DNA from: Bdellovibrionota bacterium
GTDB taxonomy: Bacteria; Bdellovibrionota_C; UBA2361; CALJRW01
Length of the DNA: 64,000 bases
NCBI GenBank assembly: GCA_041740355.1
Contig: JBGSMD010000015.1
Span: forward strand, 32,001 to 96,000
Reading direction: 5' to 3'
Part shown: piece by piece, positions 51,056 to 61,750 of the stretch
How positions within the stretch are numbered: the stretch's first letter is position 1
How the letters are laid out: every line of letters starts with the position of its first letter
Position numbers and translations under genes: made by a program
Notes under the pieces: model-generated
Told to the model about the DNA's origin: nothing
Database searches by the model: none
What the model saw: only the letters and a program-made list of their open reading frames with translations

Positions 51056-51589
51056 TTATTCGATATCTCGACCCATAACTGTTTTACGACCAGCCAACTC
51101 TGCCTTCTTAATTCCTTTTAAACATTCTTCGATGACTTTCTTTGTGAGTCGATCGATACAACACTGACTAGTATTAAAATCAGCTTGATCACTTACCAGT
51201 TTTTTTACCTTAGACACAACTACTAAACAGTCGGTCTGAATACCATTAGCTTGAAATGCGATTGGTTTATCAAAATTAGCATTACCAGAATTTTCTGAGC
51301 TGCGCATCTCACCAACTATTTTTCTAACGGGAGCTCTTTCGCTATTTTCAACTAAGATTTTTGCAGATTCAAAAGCAGGCGACTTAGTCTCAATGGCATA
51401 AGTTTCACTACGATGAGTTACATATCCTAAATGAGCATCCCAACAAATAGAAGAACAAAACCGCATCCCAGTCCGCTCATTGCGACAAGTGCTTATATTG
51501 CAAAGATAGTAAAGACTGCTATACCCAATCGGTTTTTTACAAATACTACATTTTTTCCAGAACTCGGAAGGATTATCAGAACTAGTCAT
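51056..51589 (-). CDS. Bacterial histone-fold protein with N-terminal Zn-binding (ZZ/PHD-like) domain, Bd3044-like
   Basis: C-terminal LVVVSKVKKLV...FNTS...D.L...CLKG...A..AGRKTVMGRD closely resembles Bdellovibrio histone Bd0055; N-terminal CSIC...C....C...FCS..CW..H. Confidence 0.88.
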   Translation of the reverse strand: MTSSDNPSEFWKKCSICKKPIGYSSLYYLCNISTCRNERTGMRFCSSICWDAHLGYVTHRSETYAIETKSPAFESAKILVENSERAPVRKIVGEMRSSENSGNANFDKPIAFQANGIQTDCLVVVSKVKKLVSDQADFNTSQCCIDRLTKKVIEECLKGIKKAELAGRKTVMGRDIE

Positions 51590-51735
51590 ATTTATTTCAA
51601 TTGCAAACGGGTTCAAATTAACCTAGCTGATCGTCAAACTCAAGCTATAATCATGAATAAATTAATTTCAGATAATTTATTTGACTAAGAACCTATCCCT
51701 TCGTATCTTCATATTGAATTATTTACACTTAAATT

Positions 51736-52428
51736 ATGTCTCAATTAAGAGTAGCTAAGGACGATCACAATCTCCTACAAAATGATCTTAGTAGAGATTC
51801 AAAAAGATTAATTCGCCTAGATTTATTCTCACAGATCCCAGAACCCCTAATCTTTCAGGATAAAGTAATTGGATTATTAGAACTAAAAAGATTAGCAGCC
51901 GTCATCGATCAATCTATTCCGATGAGAGGTAGAGTTACTGACAATGATCTAATGCTACTTAAAATTTCCACAATGTTAGAAGTAGGTGATTTAGGAATCT
52001 TCTCTCGGGAAATGCAACTTCATCCAAAGATTTTTCAAAAATATCCAAAAGTGGAAAGAACAATTACTAAACTTTTTGGTGCAATTGAAAAAATAGCGGA
52101 TCAATTAGCAACAATCGCTGATTTCGATCAAAGACTTTTAAAGGCAGAGCCAGAATACCTTTTAGCCATCTCCCAAGAACTTCAAAGAAGAAACAAAGAA
52201 TATGGGGCTAAAAGTATTTCTAATTCAGCTGCACCAAACAATAATGCTTGTTACTGTATTTCACAATTATCAGCTGCGCTTGAAAAGGGAGATTTACGTC
52301 ATGCTATTGTTATTAGACTTTGCGAGGGGGATAAAATGCGAGGCAAAGGTCAACTTACTGAATATATAGAAAATATATTTGGCACTGGTTTTAGATTAGA
52401 AAGGGCTTGGGCCAAGCTTGATACCTAA
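51736..52428 (+). CDS. Hypothetical protein
   Basis: 230-aa ORF, divergent from the histone gene; no motif recognised. Confidence 0.6.
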   Translation: MSQLRVAKDDHNLLQNDLSRDSKRLIRLDLFSQIPEPLIFQDKVIGLLELKRLAAVIDQSIPMRGRVTDNDLMLLKISTMLEVGDLGIFSREMQLHPKIFQKYPKVERTITKLFGAIEKIADQLATIADFDQRLLKAEPEYLLAISQELQRRNKEYGAKSISNSAAPNNNACYCISQLSAALEKGDLRHAIVIRLCEGDKMRGKGQLTEYIENIFGTGFRLERAWAKLDT

Positions 52429-52446
52429 AGATACCTAGTTTCATAC

Positions 52447-53739
52447 TTAACGATTTCCACTATTTCGATTTGTCCGTTGCGCTGAATGACTTTGATTGCG
52501 ATCACGAGAGTTTCTACCTCTAAAGCCACCACCGCGAGAATTATTGCCACCACCAAAATTTCTGGAAGCTACAGTAGCAGGATTTGTGGATGGATCAGAA
52601 ATATCTTTTTCATAAGTGAACCCCTGCAGTTCTCTTCTTTGCAATGGTTCTCCAAGTAATTTTTCTATTGCCTTAATCATCTTGGCGTCTTCATTACCAA
52701 CTAAGGTATAGGCTTCGCCACTACGAGATGCTCGACCAGTTCTGCCAATTCGGTGAGTGTAAGTTTCTGGAGTACCGGGAATATCATAATTAATTACATG
52801 AGAGATTGAAGAAATATCAATTCCTCTAGCCGCGATATCTGTTGCTACTAAGATTTTATATTTCCCTTCCTTGAAACCATTCATGGCTTCCACCCTTCTA
52901 TTTTGTGAAAGATTGCCTTGAAGGGAAGTCACAGAAAAACCAGAGCTAACTAAATGTTCGGCTAGTCTTTTAGCGCGATGCTTAGTACGCGTGAAAATTA
53001 ACATCGACTGAATTTCAATTTGATTACAAAGTGCTTTCAAGAAATCATTCTTTTGATGTGGGGCTACTGGGTAAAGCGCATGATCAATAGTTTGTGGCGG
53101 TGCAATTCGGCCAACCTCTACAGTTACCGGCTTAGTTAATACTTCACTAGCAAGTGCCCGAATGTCATTTGGCATAGTTGCGGAAAACAACATAGTCTGT
53201 CGAGTAGTGGGTAGCGATTTTATAATTTGTCGGATATTTGGAAGAAATCCCATATCAAACATTTGATCGGCTTCATCTAGCACTAACATTTCAATTGCAG
53301 ATAAATTAATTGTTTTTCTTTCGATATGATCTAGTAATCTTCCCGGACAGGCAACAACAACATCAACTCCACGATCTAGCGCTTTGATTTGTGGTCCGAT
53401 ATTAACCCCACCAAAAATCAGCGCACTTTTAATATCTAGTTGGCTACCAAGTTCTCTTAGTACTTCGTCAATTTGAATTGCTAACTCACGTGTTGGAGCA
53501 ATGATTAATGCCCGAACTTTACCATGAACATTCCCTTTGGCACGTTGCATTAATCTCTCTAAAATTGGCAATACAAATGCTGCCGTTTTTCCAGTCCCAG
53601 TTTGAGCAATGCCAAGTAAATCTTTTTTAGCAATTAAATGCGGAATGGCTTGCTCTTGAATCGGAGTGGGAGTTGTAAAATTTAAGGCTTTTATGCCTGC
53701 TGAAATTTTAGGATGGAAATTAAAGGAATCAAAATTCAT
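52447..53739 (-). CDS. rhlE: DEAD-box RNA helicase, RhlE-like (second paralogue)
   Basis: TPTPIQ, AQTGTGKT, PTRELA, LDEAD.M.DMGF, SAT, ARGID, HRIGRTGR; Gly/Arg-rich tail. Confidence 0.9.
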   Translation of the reverse strand: MNFDSFNFHPKISAGIKALNFTTPTPIQEQAIPHLIAKKDLLGIAQTGTGKTAAFVLPILERLMQRAKGNVHGKVRALIIAPTRELAIQIDEVLRELGSQLDIKSALIFGGVNIGPQIKALDRGVDVVVACPGRLLDHIERKTINLSAIEMLVLDEADQMFDMGFLPNIRQIIKSLPTTRQTMLFSATMPNDIRALASEVLTKPVTVEVGRIAPPQTIDHALYPVAPHQKNDFLKALCNQIEIQSMLIFTRTKHRAKRLAEHLVSSGFSVTSLQGNLSQNRRVEAMNGFKEGKYKILVATDIAARGIDISSISHVINYDIPGTPETYTHRIGRTGRASRSGEAYTLVGNEDAKMIKAIEKLLGEPLQRRELQGFTYEKDISDPSTNPATVASRNFGGGNNSRGGGFRGRNSRDRNQSHSAQRTNRNSGNR

Positions 53740-53823
53740 ATTGTACTAAATGGTAAACGTGACTTATCACGGGCGCAGTGTAGTACAATATGAGAATTAA
53801 GCCAGTCGGCACTATAATTACTT

Positions 53824-55659
53824 CTAATAAAGAAATAATGGTACATTTCCCGCACTTGATGGAAATTCATTATCCCCAACACTATTTGTATTACCGTATC
53901 CAAGTTGACCAGCTGAGCCATAACCCCAACAGCGAACCTGACCAGTCGTTAATACTGCGCAAGTATGCGAACCTCCGGCAGAAATTTTACTAACTTCCCC
54001 TCCAACGTTTACGGTTCCTGCAAAGTTTGGAAACTGACTATCAGAAAAGGTTGTCTCATTACCATATCCTAATTTTCCATCAGATCCATCACCCCAACAG
54101 ATAACATCATTTCCAGCTATTCTTGCACATGTGTGCTGTGAACCAGCCGAAACGCTAAGTGCACTGTTCCCAAGATTGATAAAATTCACCACAGCTGGAA
54201 CTTCGTCGTCTCCAATGTCGCTAATATTGGCATAACCTAAGCGGCCATTTTGGCCTCGACCCCAACAATATATCTGATTAGAGCCTTCCATTAAGGCACA
54301 GGAGTGTTGAATCCCCGATGTGATTTGAGAAGCTACTCCATTATTTAAGTTAAGAGTTCCAACGTCAGATGGCAAATTAGATAACCCCACAGAGGAGCTA
54401 TTGCCATACCCTAAAATGCCTAAGCCTCCATCACCCCAACACTTAACTCCACCAGTTACTAATCTAGCGCAAGTGAAATAGCGCCCAGCAGAAATTTCAG
54501 CTACTTCGGCTCCAATACTAACGTCCCCTGCTGTAGCTGGATCTTCATCATCTCCAATACTATTACCATTTCCATATCCAAGATATCCAAAACCCCAACA
54601 ACGCACATTGCCATTTGTGAGCAGCGCACAAGTATGAAACTGTCCGGCGGCAACTTGCTTAACAGTGCTGCCAACATTCACATCACCTATACTAGCTGGT
54701 GTTTCGTTATCTCCGATTAAATTGGTATTTGAGTACCCAAGTTGTCCAAAATCATTGTATCCCCAACAGCGAACATTTCCAGTATCCATAAGGGCACAAG
54801 CATGAATGCCTCCTGCAGCAATAGAAATTTGGACCGCTTTACCTCCCAGCGGAACATTGCCGACGCTTGCTGGAGTTTCGTCATCACCGATTATCTCAGT
54901 ATTCCCATAACCTAACTGTCCATAGGTGTTACTTCCCCAACAACGGACTGCCCCAGATTCCAGAAGTGCACACGAAAAATCTGTACCTGTCTGGACATCA
55001 ACGGCAAGATCTCGAAGACATTGATTGCAGTCTAAATTGTCATCACACTCTTCGCCGGAATCGACAATTCCATCTCCACAAACAGGGACAACACAATTGT
55101 TTCGACAAGAATCAGTGTTAATAGAATTACTATCGTCGCACTCATCCCCTGCATCAACAATTCCATCTCCACAAAGTGGAATCACACAAGTATTCCGACA
55201 AGCGTCCGAATTATTCGTATTGCCGTCGTCACAGGCTTCCCCCGGATTTGTAACCCCATCTCCACAAAACGGCTGCAATAAACAGGCGACGCTACAAGAA
55301 TCAGCATCACTTAAATTACCATCATCACAGGCTTCTCCCGTATCAATGACTGCATTCCCACAAAATGACTTACAAGCGAGCTTGCCTTTCTTTTTTAAAC
55401 GAATAAATTTTGTAGCGAGACGGCTAAACTTGGCATCACCGGTCTCTTCAAATTTCTTTTTATTTGCTTTAACTAGTTTTTGAAAAAAAATAAAATTGGA
55501 TTTCTTATCAACTTTACCTGCCATCCAAACTTGGCGAGGTGTCTTGGAACATTTATAGGTTTTATTCTGATAATTAACTTCGAAAATCTGAGCAACTAAG
55601 ACGTGCGGAATAAGTAATATCAAGATTGAAGCTAGAGCTAATTTTTGTAATCTTTTCAT
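53824..55659 (-). CDS. Secreted protein: DUF4215 (Myxococcus Cys-rich) repeats plus RCC1 beta-propeller
   Basis: Four CG.G.VD.GE.CDD.N repeats; seven HTCA...G.VRCWG....GQLGYG RCC1 repeats. Confidence 0.9.
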   Translation of the reverse strand: MKRLQKLALASILILLIPHVLVAQIFEVNYQNKTYKCSKTPRQVWMAGKVDKKSNFIFFQKLVKANKKKFEETGDAKFSRLATKFIRLKKKGKLACKSFCGNAVIDTGEACDDGNLSDADSCSVACLLQPFCGDGVTNPGEACDDGNTNNSDACRNTCVIPLCGDGIVDAGDECDDSNSINTDSCRNNCVVPVCGDGIVDSGEECDDNLDCNQCLRDLAVDVQTGTDFSCALLESGAVRCWGSNTYGQLGYGNTEIIGDDETPASVGNVPLGGKAVQISIAAGGIHACALMDTGNVRCWGYNDFGQLGYSNTNLIGDNETPASIGDVNVGSTVKQVAAGQFHTCALLTNGNVRCWGFGYLGYGNGNSIGDDEDPATAGDVSIGAEVAEISAGRYFTCARLVTGGVKCWGDGGLGILGYGNSSSVGLSNLPSDVGTLNLNNGVASQITSGIQHSCALMEGSNQIYCWGRGQNGRLGYANISDIGDDEVPAVVNFINLGNSALSVSAGSQHTCARIAGNDVICWGDGSDGKLGYGNETTFSDSQFPNFAGTVNVGGEVSKISAGGSHTCAVLTTGQVRCWGYGSAGQLGYGNTNSVGDNEFPSSAGNVPLFLY

Positions 55660-55851
55660 TAGTTTTAAGTTAAAGTTTAATTTAATCTAAATAAATTAAT
55701 ATCTTTTATCTAGTTAAGAAGCTAGCAAAAAATTAGTTAAATAATGATAATTGACTAAAATCTCAGTTTTAAAAGCTCTAGATTATACCTCTCCACATCA
55801 ATTTGAAAACTGTCATAATATGAGAACCTCCGCTTTTTTAAAGATCCGCTA

Positions 55852-56769
55852 CTAGTGTTCTTTGGGTTCATTCTTTTTCAATGTTACAACTAGGACACCT
55901 GATAAAACTAGAATTGTCCCAAGAAGCTGAAGCAAGCCAAATGATTCTCCCAAGAAAATATAAGCAAGTATAATTGTTGAAATGGGGCCAACACTAGCCA
56001 CGATTGAAGCTTGACCAGCTCCTAATATACGAACTCCCTCTGCTATAAAAAAAGTTGGAATAACTGTTGCAATGATTGCCATATAGAATGCCAGCCACAA
56101 GATATCGGAAGAGACAAATAGGCTAGAAATATTTTTAAAACATAAAAAATGTATAAAAACTGCAACCGAAGAAATCACCATTGCTAATGCCGTAAAGTTA
56201 ATAGAACCAAATTTGGGAATTAACTCTCCGGAACCTATTTGATAGAAGGCATATGCTAGGGCTGCACTAAAAACAAAGAAGGTCCCAATCCAAATATTAG
56301 CTTGCGTAGCAATCGAATTTTCAAAGAAGACAATAATAATTCCAATATATGTTAATCCCAAAGAGAGACATTCAATTGAAGAAATTTTTTTCTTTAAAAA
56401 AATTGCCGACAGAACAACAACCAAAGTTGGATATATAAATAAGATCAATCGCTCCAAACTTGCTGTAATATATTGTAAGCCAATGAAATCGAAAATACTT
56501 GCAAGGTAGTAACCAACAAAACCCATAATCAGGATATTAAACCAGTCTTTACTGGCTAGGGATCCGCTGACAATCTTTAATCTGCGACGATTCAAGTAGA
56601 GAACGAATAGGTAAATCGGAAGAGCAAAAAGCATTCGTAAAGTTAGAATTGTAATCGCATCAACAGATCCGAGATAGGACAATTTAACTAAAACTGCCTT
56701 AGAGGAAAAACCAATTGCACCAATAAAGACTAAGATTGCTCCTTTTAAATTCTTCATCCTTTCTACCAT
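55852..56769 (-). CDS. DMT/EamA family transporter
   Basis: Two EamA-type halves, about 10 TM; LERLILFIYP, LGESFG. Confidence 0.9.
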   Translation of the reverse strand: MVERMKNLKGAILVFIGAIGFSSKAVLVKLSYLGSVDAITILTLRMLFALPIYLFVLYLNRRRLKIVSGSLASKDWFNILIMGFVGYYLASIFDFIGLQYITASLERLILFIYPTLVVVLSAIFLKKKISSIECLSLGLTYIGIIIVFFENSIATQANIWIGTFFVFSAALAYAFYQIGSGELIPKFGSINFTALAMVISSVAVFIHFLCFKNISSLFVSSDILWLAFYMAIIATVIPTFFIAEGVRILGAGQASIVASVGPISTIILAYIFLGESFGLLQLLGTILVLSGVLVVTLKKNEPKEH

Positions 56770-56905
56770 AAACTACTACCACCAAATTCAGTCATTTGAC
56801 CTAAATGTTTTTGGAAATTTTATCAGCAATTACCAGGCATAAATTCTAATAGTTCTAGTGTCATATTAACAAGGTTGGTCAATAATATAAAAAATAGAAA
56901 TTAGA

Positions 56906-58519
56906 TTAATTATTTCGCCTCCAATAACCCCAACGGGTCGGAGTATAATTCTGTTGAATATAATTTTTAGCTTCCTTCGACATAACTTTAAATAATCCAG
57001 CTCTAGTATGCAGCGTTGGTGCAGATTTTCCGTTAATTAAATTATCCTCATATTTTTTAATATCATCTTTAGATAACATCCTAAGTATTGCTCCATGAGT
57101 ACACCAATAATAGGAGGTATGTTTGCGAAATACTCCGTACATAGGCCAGTCGTCAACTACAGAATCTTGAACAGAGGTATTTTTCATCAGCCATTCAATT
57201 TTATCTAACGCACGCTTATTTGTTGCAACTTTAGATAAATGCAAACTATTTAATATCGGTGTCTGATAATAAACTAAGCAGCATTGTAGTATTGCCACAA
57301 TAGTAAGTACTTCTGCAGCTTGAAACTTAATAATTAATTTGTTGGAAGACCTTAACGCCAAAATATAGTTAAGCGTATTTAGGATTACATGAACGATACT
57401 GTAAATAACTGTAGTTATTAAAGTTGCTGCAAAAAGTGCAATAAAAGGTAAGAAATATTGGTAGGATTGCAAATAGGGTTCTGGATTAAGCCAAATGCTG
57501 GCAAAAGCACTGCCTGCAATCAGCAAAAGTAGTGCATCTCTGCGTTGTCTTGCTAGGTTAGTCGCACAGAAAATCCACAAAATAATATATCCAATCGCAG
57601 CCAAAATAACAGTAACATTACTATTTTCCCATAGTCCCTTTAAATAATTATAAGGATAAAACTTTGTTTGCCAATTAAAGTTAAAAGTTAAATTATAATA
57701 ATAAAATTCAAAGAGTGCGTTATGATAAGCAAAGTATGCCGAGATTAAAATTATCGGGACGAAGAATCCAAAAGCTATAGAACAAAACTGCAATATTCTT
57801 TTTTTATAGTTTAGCCCCCAGCGAGGATCTGATACATACCATATCCAGAACAAAGCCATTCCAGGCCCGACAAATAAAATCTTTTGTGTATGAAGAACTG
57901 CTATCGAAATAAGGAAGCCAGCTAAAAATAGTATTATTAGACTAGATTTGAATTTATTATGTTTATTTTTATGTTTATTTTTAATATTAAAACTAGTTTT
58001 CAGTCCAATTAAGAACAATAAAATTGCTGCTAGATAAAAAGTTACCGCGGGCACGTCTGGTCGAATCTCAATCATTTTACTCCAGAAGTACTCCATATTT
58101 GCTAACATTGCAGCAGCACTAACTCCTACTAAAAGACCTCGTCTTCCACCAATCCAAACCCAGCCTATTGTGATCACTAATATAAAAATACAGGCTACCC
58201 AAATTGACATTAGCTGTCGCAATAATAAAAATGTTGATTTAGCAGCTTCAAAGGAAATTTCTGGCTTTAAATAAGATAAGATAGGAGCGAGCTGAAAATA
58301 TAACAAAGGTGTGTGGTGCTCAAAATAGTCGCGATATGGCAAATGACCTTTTGATAAATACCAAGCAATATGAGTATGCTGAAATTCATCCGGATTAAAA
58401 TCTCTTATTTTTAAAATATTTCTACTTTGTAACCAAGGCTGAGTGACTCTTTGATACAATAAAAATGTAAGTGACAATATTAATACTATTGTTAATAAAG
58501 ATTTAATTTTAGTATTCAT
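56906..58519 (-). CDS. GT-C (GT39-like) membrane glycosyltransferase
   Basis: PDEFQHTH, G.LPYRDYFEHHTPL, EIRPD; many TM segments. Confidence 0.8.
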   Translation of the reverse strand: MNTKIKSLLTIVLILSLTFLLYQRVTQPWLQSRNILKIRDFNPDEFQHTHIAWYLSKGHLPYRDYFEHHTPLLYFQLAPILSYLKPEISFEAAKSTFLLLRQLMSIWVACIFILVITIGWVWIGGRRGLLVGVSAAAMLANMEYFWSKMIEIRPDVPAVTFYLAAILLFLIGLKTSFNIKNKHKNKHNKFKSSLIILFLAGFLISIAVLHTQKILFVGPGMALFWIWYVSDPRWGLNYKKRILQFCSIAFGFFVPIILISAYFAYHNALFEFYYYNLTFNFNWQTKFYPYNYLKGLWENSNVTVILAAIGYIILWIFCATNLARQRRDALLLLIAGSAFASIWLNPEPYLQSYQYFLPFIALFAATLITTVIYSIVHVILNTLNYILALRSSNKLIIKFQAAEVLTIVAILQCCLVYYQTPILNSLHLSKVATNKRALDKIEWLMKNTSVQDSVVDDWPMYGVFRKHTSYYWCTHGAILRMLSKDDIKKYEDNLINGKSAPTLHTRAGLFKVMSKEAKNYIQQNYTPTRWGYWRRNN

Positions 58520-58606
58520 GAAGTCAAGAGTCGTAGTCGTGCGTTTTGGAGGTAGCACTAATATACTAAAAACGATTAAAATTTACGGAGCTGCTTTGAA
58601 AAAACT

Positions 58607-58635
58607 TCCACCTGCGTAAAGCTTCGCCGGACAAG
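58607..58635 (+). repeat. REP-like repeat family B
   Basis: tccacctgcgtaaagcttcgccggacaag. Confidence 0.6.
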
Positions 58636-58833
58636 TACTGCTTTTTTCGTACATCAGGTTTTAGTATATTTGTTTTCCCTAGTATTAAACCTAACTTTAT
58701 AAGGGTTAATACCTTTGTGCCCCCCCTTGGGTCGCACCAAGTGCTTTGAACTTGATATAATATATTTTTCATATATCAATCCACACAAAGAAACTTCTAC
58801 CATAAAATTTAGTTTCATCTTATAAGTACAATT

Positions 58834-60300
58834 ATGACTAATTACTATAGAAAAAGTTTTAAATCACTTCAAAACGAAGCAGCGGATCAAGGGGATAGAA
58901 CTTTAAAACGCTCGCTAGGTGCATTCAATCTTGTCTTCCTCGGAATTGGAGTTATTATTGGCGCAGGGCTGTTTTCCCTTACTGGTATTGCCGCTGCCGA
59001 AAATGCTGGGCCAGCAGTAAGCATCTCCTTTATGATGGCGGCTGTAGCCTGTGCCTTTGCTGGAATTTGCTATTCCGAATTTGCTTCCATCATTCCAGTT
59101 GCAGGAAGTGCTTATACTTATACTTATGCTACGATGGGTGAATTCCTCGCCTGGATTATTGGTTGGGACTTAGTTTTGGAATACGCCTTAGGTGCAGCAA
59201 CTGTTTCGGTTAGTTGGTCGAGGTATCTATTAGAATTTTTAACCAAATTTGGCATCGAACTCCCCCACAGCTTAATCGTTTCTCCTTGGGAAACATTAAA
59301 ATTAAGTAATGGTGTTGTTATTGAAGGAGGAATTATTAACCTTCCAGCAGTATTTATTGTTATCTGTACCTCTCTCCTATTAATTAAGGGGACAAAAGAA
59401 TCGGTAATTCTCAATAACATTCTAGTAATTTTAAAATTAATTGTCGTGGCAACTTTTATTATTATCGGTTGGGGATATATCGATCCTGCTAACCACATTC
59501 CTTACATTCCAGAAAACACTGGCGTTTATGAGCATTTTGGTTGGACTGGTATTGCCACGGGTGCTGCTGTGGTTTTCTTTGCTTATGTCGGATTTGATGC
59601 AGTGTCTACTGCTGCCCAAGAATCCAAGAACCCCCAACGAGATATGCCAATCGGAATTTTAGGTTCACTAGTTATTTGCACAATTTTATATGTTCTTTTT
59701 TCTCACGTAATGACTGGCTTAGTTCATTACTCAGAATTTGAAGGCAATGCAAAACCAGTCGCTACAGCATTTGCCGTTACTGGATATACTAAACTACAAG
59801 ACTTGCTTGTACTCGCAATTCTTGCCGGTTATACCTCAGTGATCATGGTACTACTCATGGGACAATCACGCGTATTTTACGCTATGGCTAAGGATGGTTT
59901 ATTACCAAAAGTATTTTCTGAAATACATCCAAAATTTAGAACTCCTTGGAAGACTAATTTCTTTTTTATGATTTTTGTATCTGCTTTTGCCGGACTAGTG
60001 CCAGTATCTGATTTAGGTCATATGGTTAGCATTGGAACACTCTTTGCGTTTCTCTTGGTCTGTATTGCCGTAATCGTGCTTAGAAAAACAATGCCAGATT
60101 TACATCGTCCGTTTAAGACACCTTTTGTTCCAGTTGTTCCAATCTTAGGAGTGCTTTCTTGTTTATACTTAATGTATTCTCTGCCAATTGAGAGTTGGTA
60201 TAGATTAGCTATCTGGATGGCACTTGGAGTCTTCTTGTATTTTGTTTATGGAATTAAAAATTCTGTGGTAAGAAAACAGGCAGCTGCTTCTAAAGAATAA
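58834..60300 (+). CDS. Amino acid permease (APC, cationic amino acid transporter-like)
   Basis: GVIIGAGLF, YSEFAS..PVAGSAYTY, FFAYVGFD.VST.AQE.KNPQR. Confidence 0.93.
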   Translation: MTNYYRKSFKSLQNEAADQGDRTLKRSLGAFNLVFLGIGVIIGAGLFSLTGIAAAENAGPAVSISFMMAAVACAFAGICYSEFASIIPVAGSAYTYTYATMGEFLAWIIGWDLVLEYALGAATVSVSWSRYLLEFLTKFGIELPHSLIVSPWETLKLSNGVVIEGGIINLPAVFIVICTSLLLIKGTKESVILNNILVILKLIVVATFIIIGWGYIDPANHIPYIPENTGVYEHFGWTGIATGAAVVFFAYVGFDAVSTAAQESKNPQRDMPIGILGSLVICTILYVLFSHVMTGLVHYSEFEGNAKPVATAFAVTGYTKLQDLLVLAILAGYTSVIMVLLMGQSRVFYAMAKDGLLPKVFSEIHPKFRTPWKTNFFFMIFVSAFAGLVPVSDLGHMVSIGTLFAFLLVCIAVIVLRKTMPDLHRPFKTPFVPVVPILGVLSCLYLMYSLPIESWYRLAIWMALGVFLYFVYGIKNSVVRKQAAASKE

Positions 60301-60449
60301 GCATAGTGTCATAAGCGGTTTATTGTTTGATTTCAAAATTTCTTGCCGTAAATGCCTTGCCTAATCTATCAAACAACTTCTAGATGTTTGCCTAATTATT
60401 TTTAGAGCAATTGTCAGATGATGGTAGGGGGGATTAAATTGTAGCTAAG

Positions 60450-61736
60450 ATGAAAAGTAAATTTCTAAATTTCTGGTTTCTCTGGCCCTTAGCTCACCTA
60501 TTCCATTTCCAATGGGGCTACTACTTTCACGTTAATCAGGATTATTCCGTATTTTTCTTGGCAATCCTAATAAATTTTACAGCTATGCTTTGCCTCCTAA
60601 AGCCTAGCAAAGCAGCCCTGTTATCCCTAGCCTCCTTTCAATTAGCACAAGTATTAATTCTTCTTCCCGATGTTCCCAATCACTGGCTATTGATTAGTCT
60701 GATCAATTTGAATCTCCTTTTTAATTTTACTCTAGCTAAGTTAAAAAAAGAAACAGAGCTAACTTTCTGGGAAAACTTTCGCCAAAGCACCTGCTGGTCT
60801 GTAATAATTTTTTACTCCTGGGCTATGTTTTGGAAACTGAATCATGGATTTACAAACTATGAAACAAGCTGTGCGGTAAAATTTGCCTTAATGGGCTTAA
60901 CTATCCCCACCTCACTGCAAAAAATCATCCCACATTTAGTTCTACTGGTGGAATTACTTATTCCCCTAACTCTATTAGTTTCGAGGTTTAGAAAAGTTGG
61001 GGTGCTCTTAGCAATCCTTTTTCATGCCGCTCTATTACTACCTGCTGAAAAATTTTTCCTCAATTTTTCATTTACAATGATGGCCTTAGTATTATTGTTT
61101 ATTAATCAGAATCACTTAAAATTCTTCCATACTGATTACGAAAAATACTCTAAGTCATCATTAATTATCATCTCGATCTTTCTAGTGATTATAATTACTG
61201 CTACAAATCAAACGGGAAGTTGGTTCTACTTAAGACAACTATTTGCCTTAATTCTATATTCTGCTGCCATTTTTCATTTTCTAAGATCATTTCGCTCAAT
61301 TACCACCACTCAACTAAAATTGCCCCAATTAAGCTTGGTCTTGGTTCCCGCAATTGTACTAATCAATGGCCTAAGCCCAATTGTTGGATTAAAATCCTCT
61401 TCGGCTTGGCAGATGTATAGCAATTTAAATTTATCAGAGAAATCATCGAACCATTACTTAATTAGTCGCAGTCTGGGGATAGGTGGATATCTTGAAGACC
61501 GCATCAAAATTATCTCTAGTAGAGATCTTAATCCAAGCGAAGAATACCCTTATTTTTTATTAACAAAGTATTGTCATCAAAATAAATGCCATAATTTAAA
61601 CTATGACAGGAATGGGGTCAGAATTCAAACAAATGGTGAAGCCGAAAAAAAAGATTACTTATCACGAAGCATTCTTGAAAAAAAACTCCTTACCTTTAAT
61701 ACCTTTAATGTTTCCGGAAAAGATTGTCGGTGGTAG
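60450..61736 (+). CDS. HTTM-like (vitamin K-dependent carboxylase-related) membrane protein
   Basis: PNHWLL, Y.WA.FWKLN.GF....SCA, VELLIP, ILFH, WQMYSNL. Confidence 0.65.
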   Translation: MKSKFLNFWFLWPLAHLFHFQWGYYFHVNQDYSVFFLAILINFTAMLCLLKPSKAALLSLASFQLAQVLILLPDVPNHWLLISLINLNLLFNFTLAKLKKETELTFWENFRQSTCWSVIIFYSWAMFWKLNHGFTNYETSCAVKFALMGLTIPTSLQKIIPHLVLLVELLIPLTLLVSRFRKVGVLLAILFHAALLLPAEKFFLNFSFTMMALVLLFINQNHLKFFHTDYEKYSKSSLIIISIFLVIIITATNQTGSWFYLRQLFALILYSAAIFHFLRSFRSITTTQLKLPQLSLVLVPAIVLINGLSPIVGLKSSSAWQMYSNLNLSEKSSNHYLISRSLGIGGYLEDRIKIISSRDLNPSEEYPYFLLTKYCHQNKCHNLNYDRNGVRIQTNGEAEKKDYLSRSILEKKLLTFNTFNVSGKDCRW

Positions 61737-61750
61737 CTAGGAAATTAAAG

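Noticed and set aside
58566-58772. 68-aa ORF between the GT-C gene and the permease
   Set aside because: It spans a REP-like repeat and a divergent promoter region and has no protein-like features.
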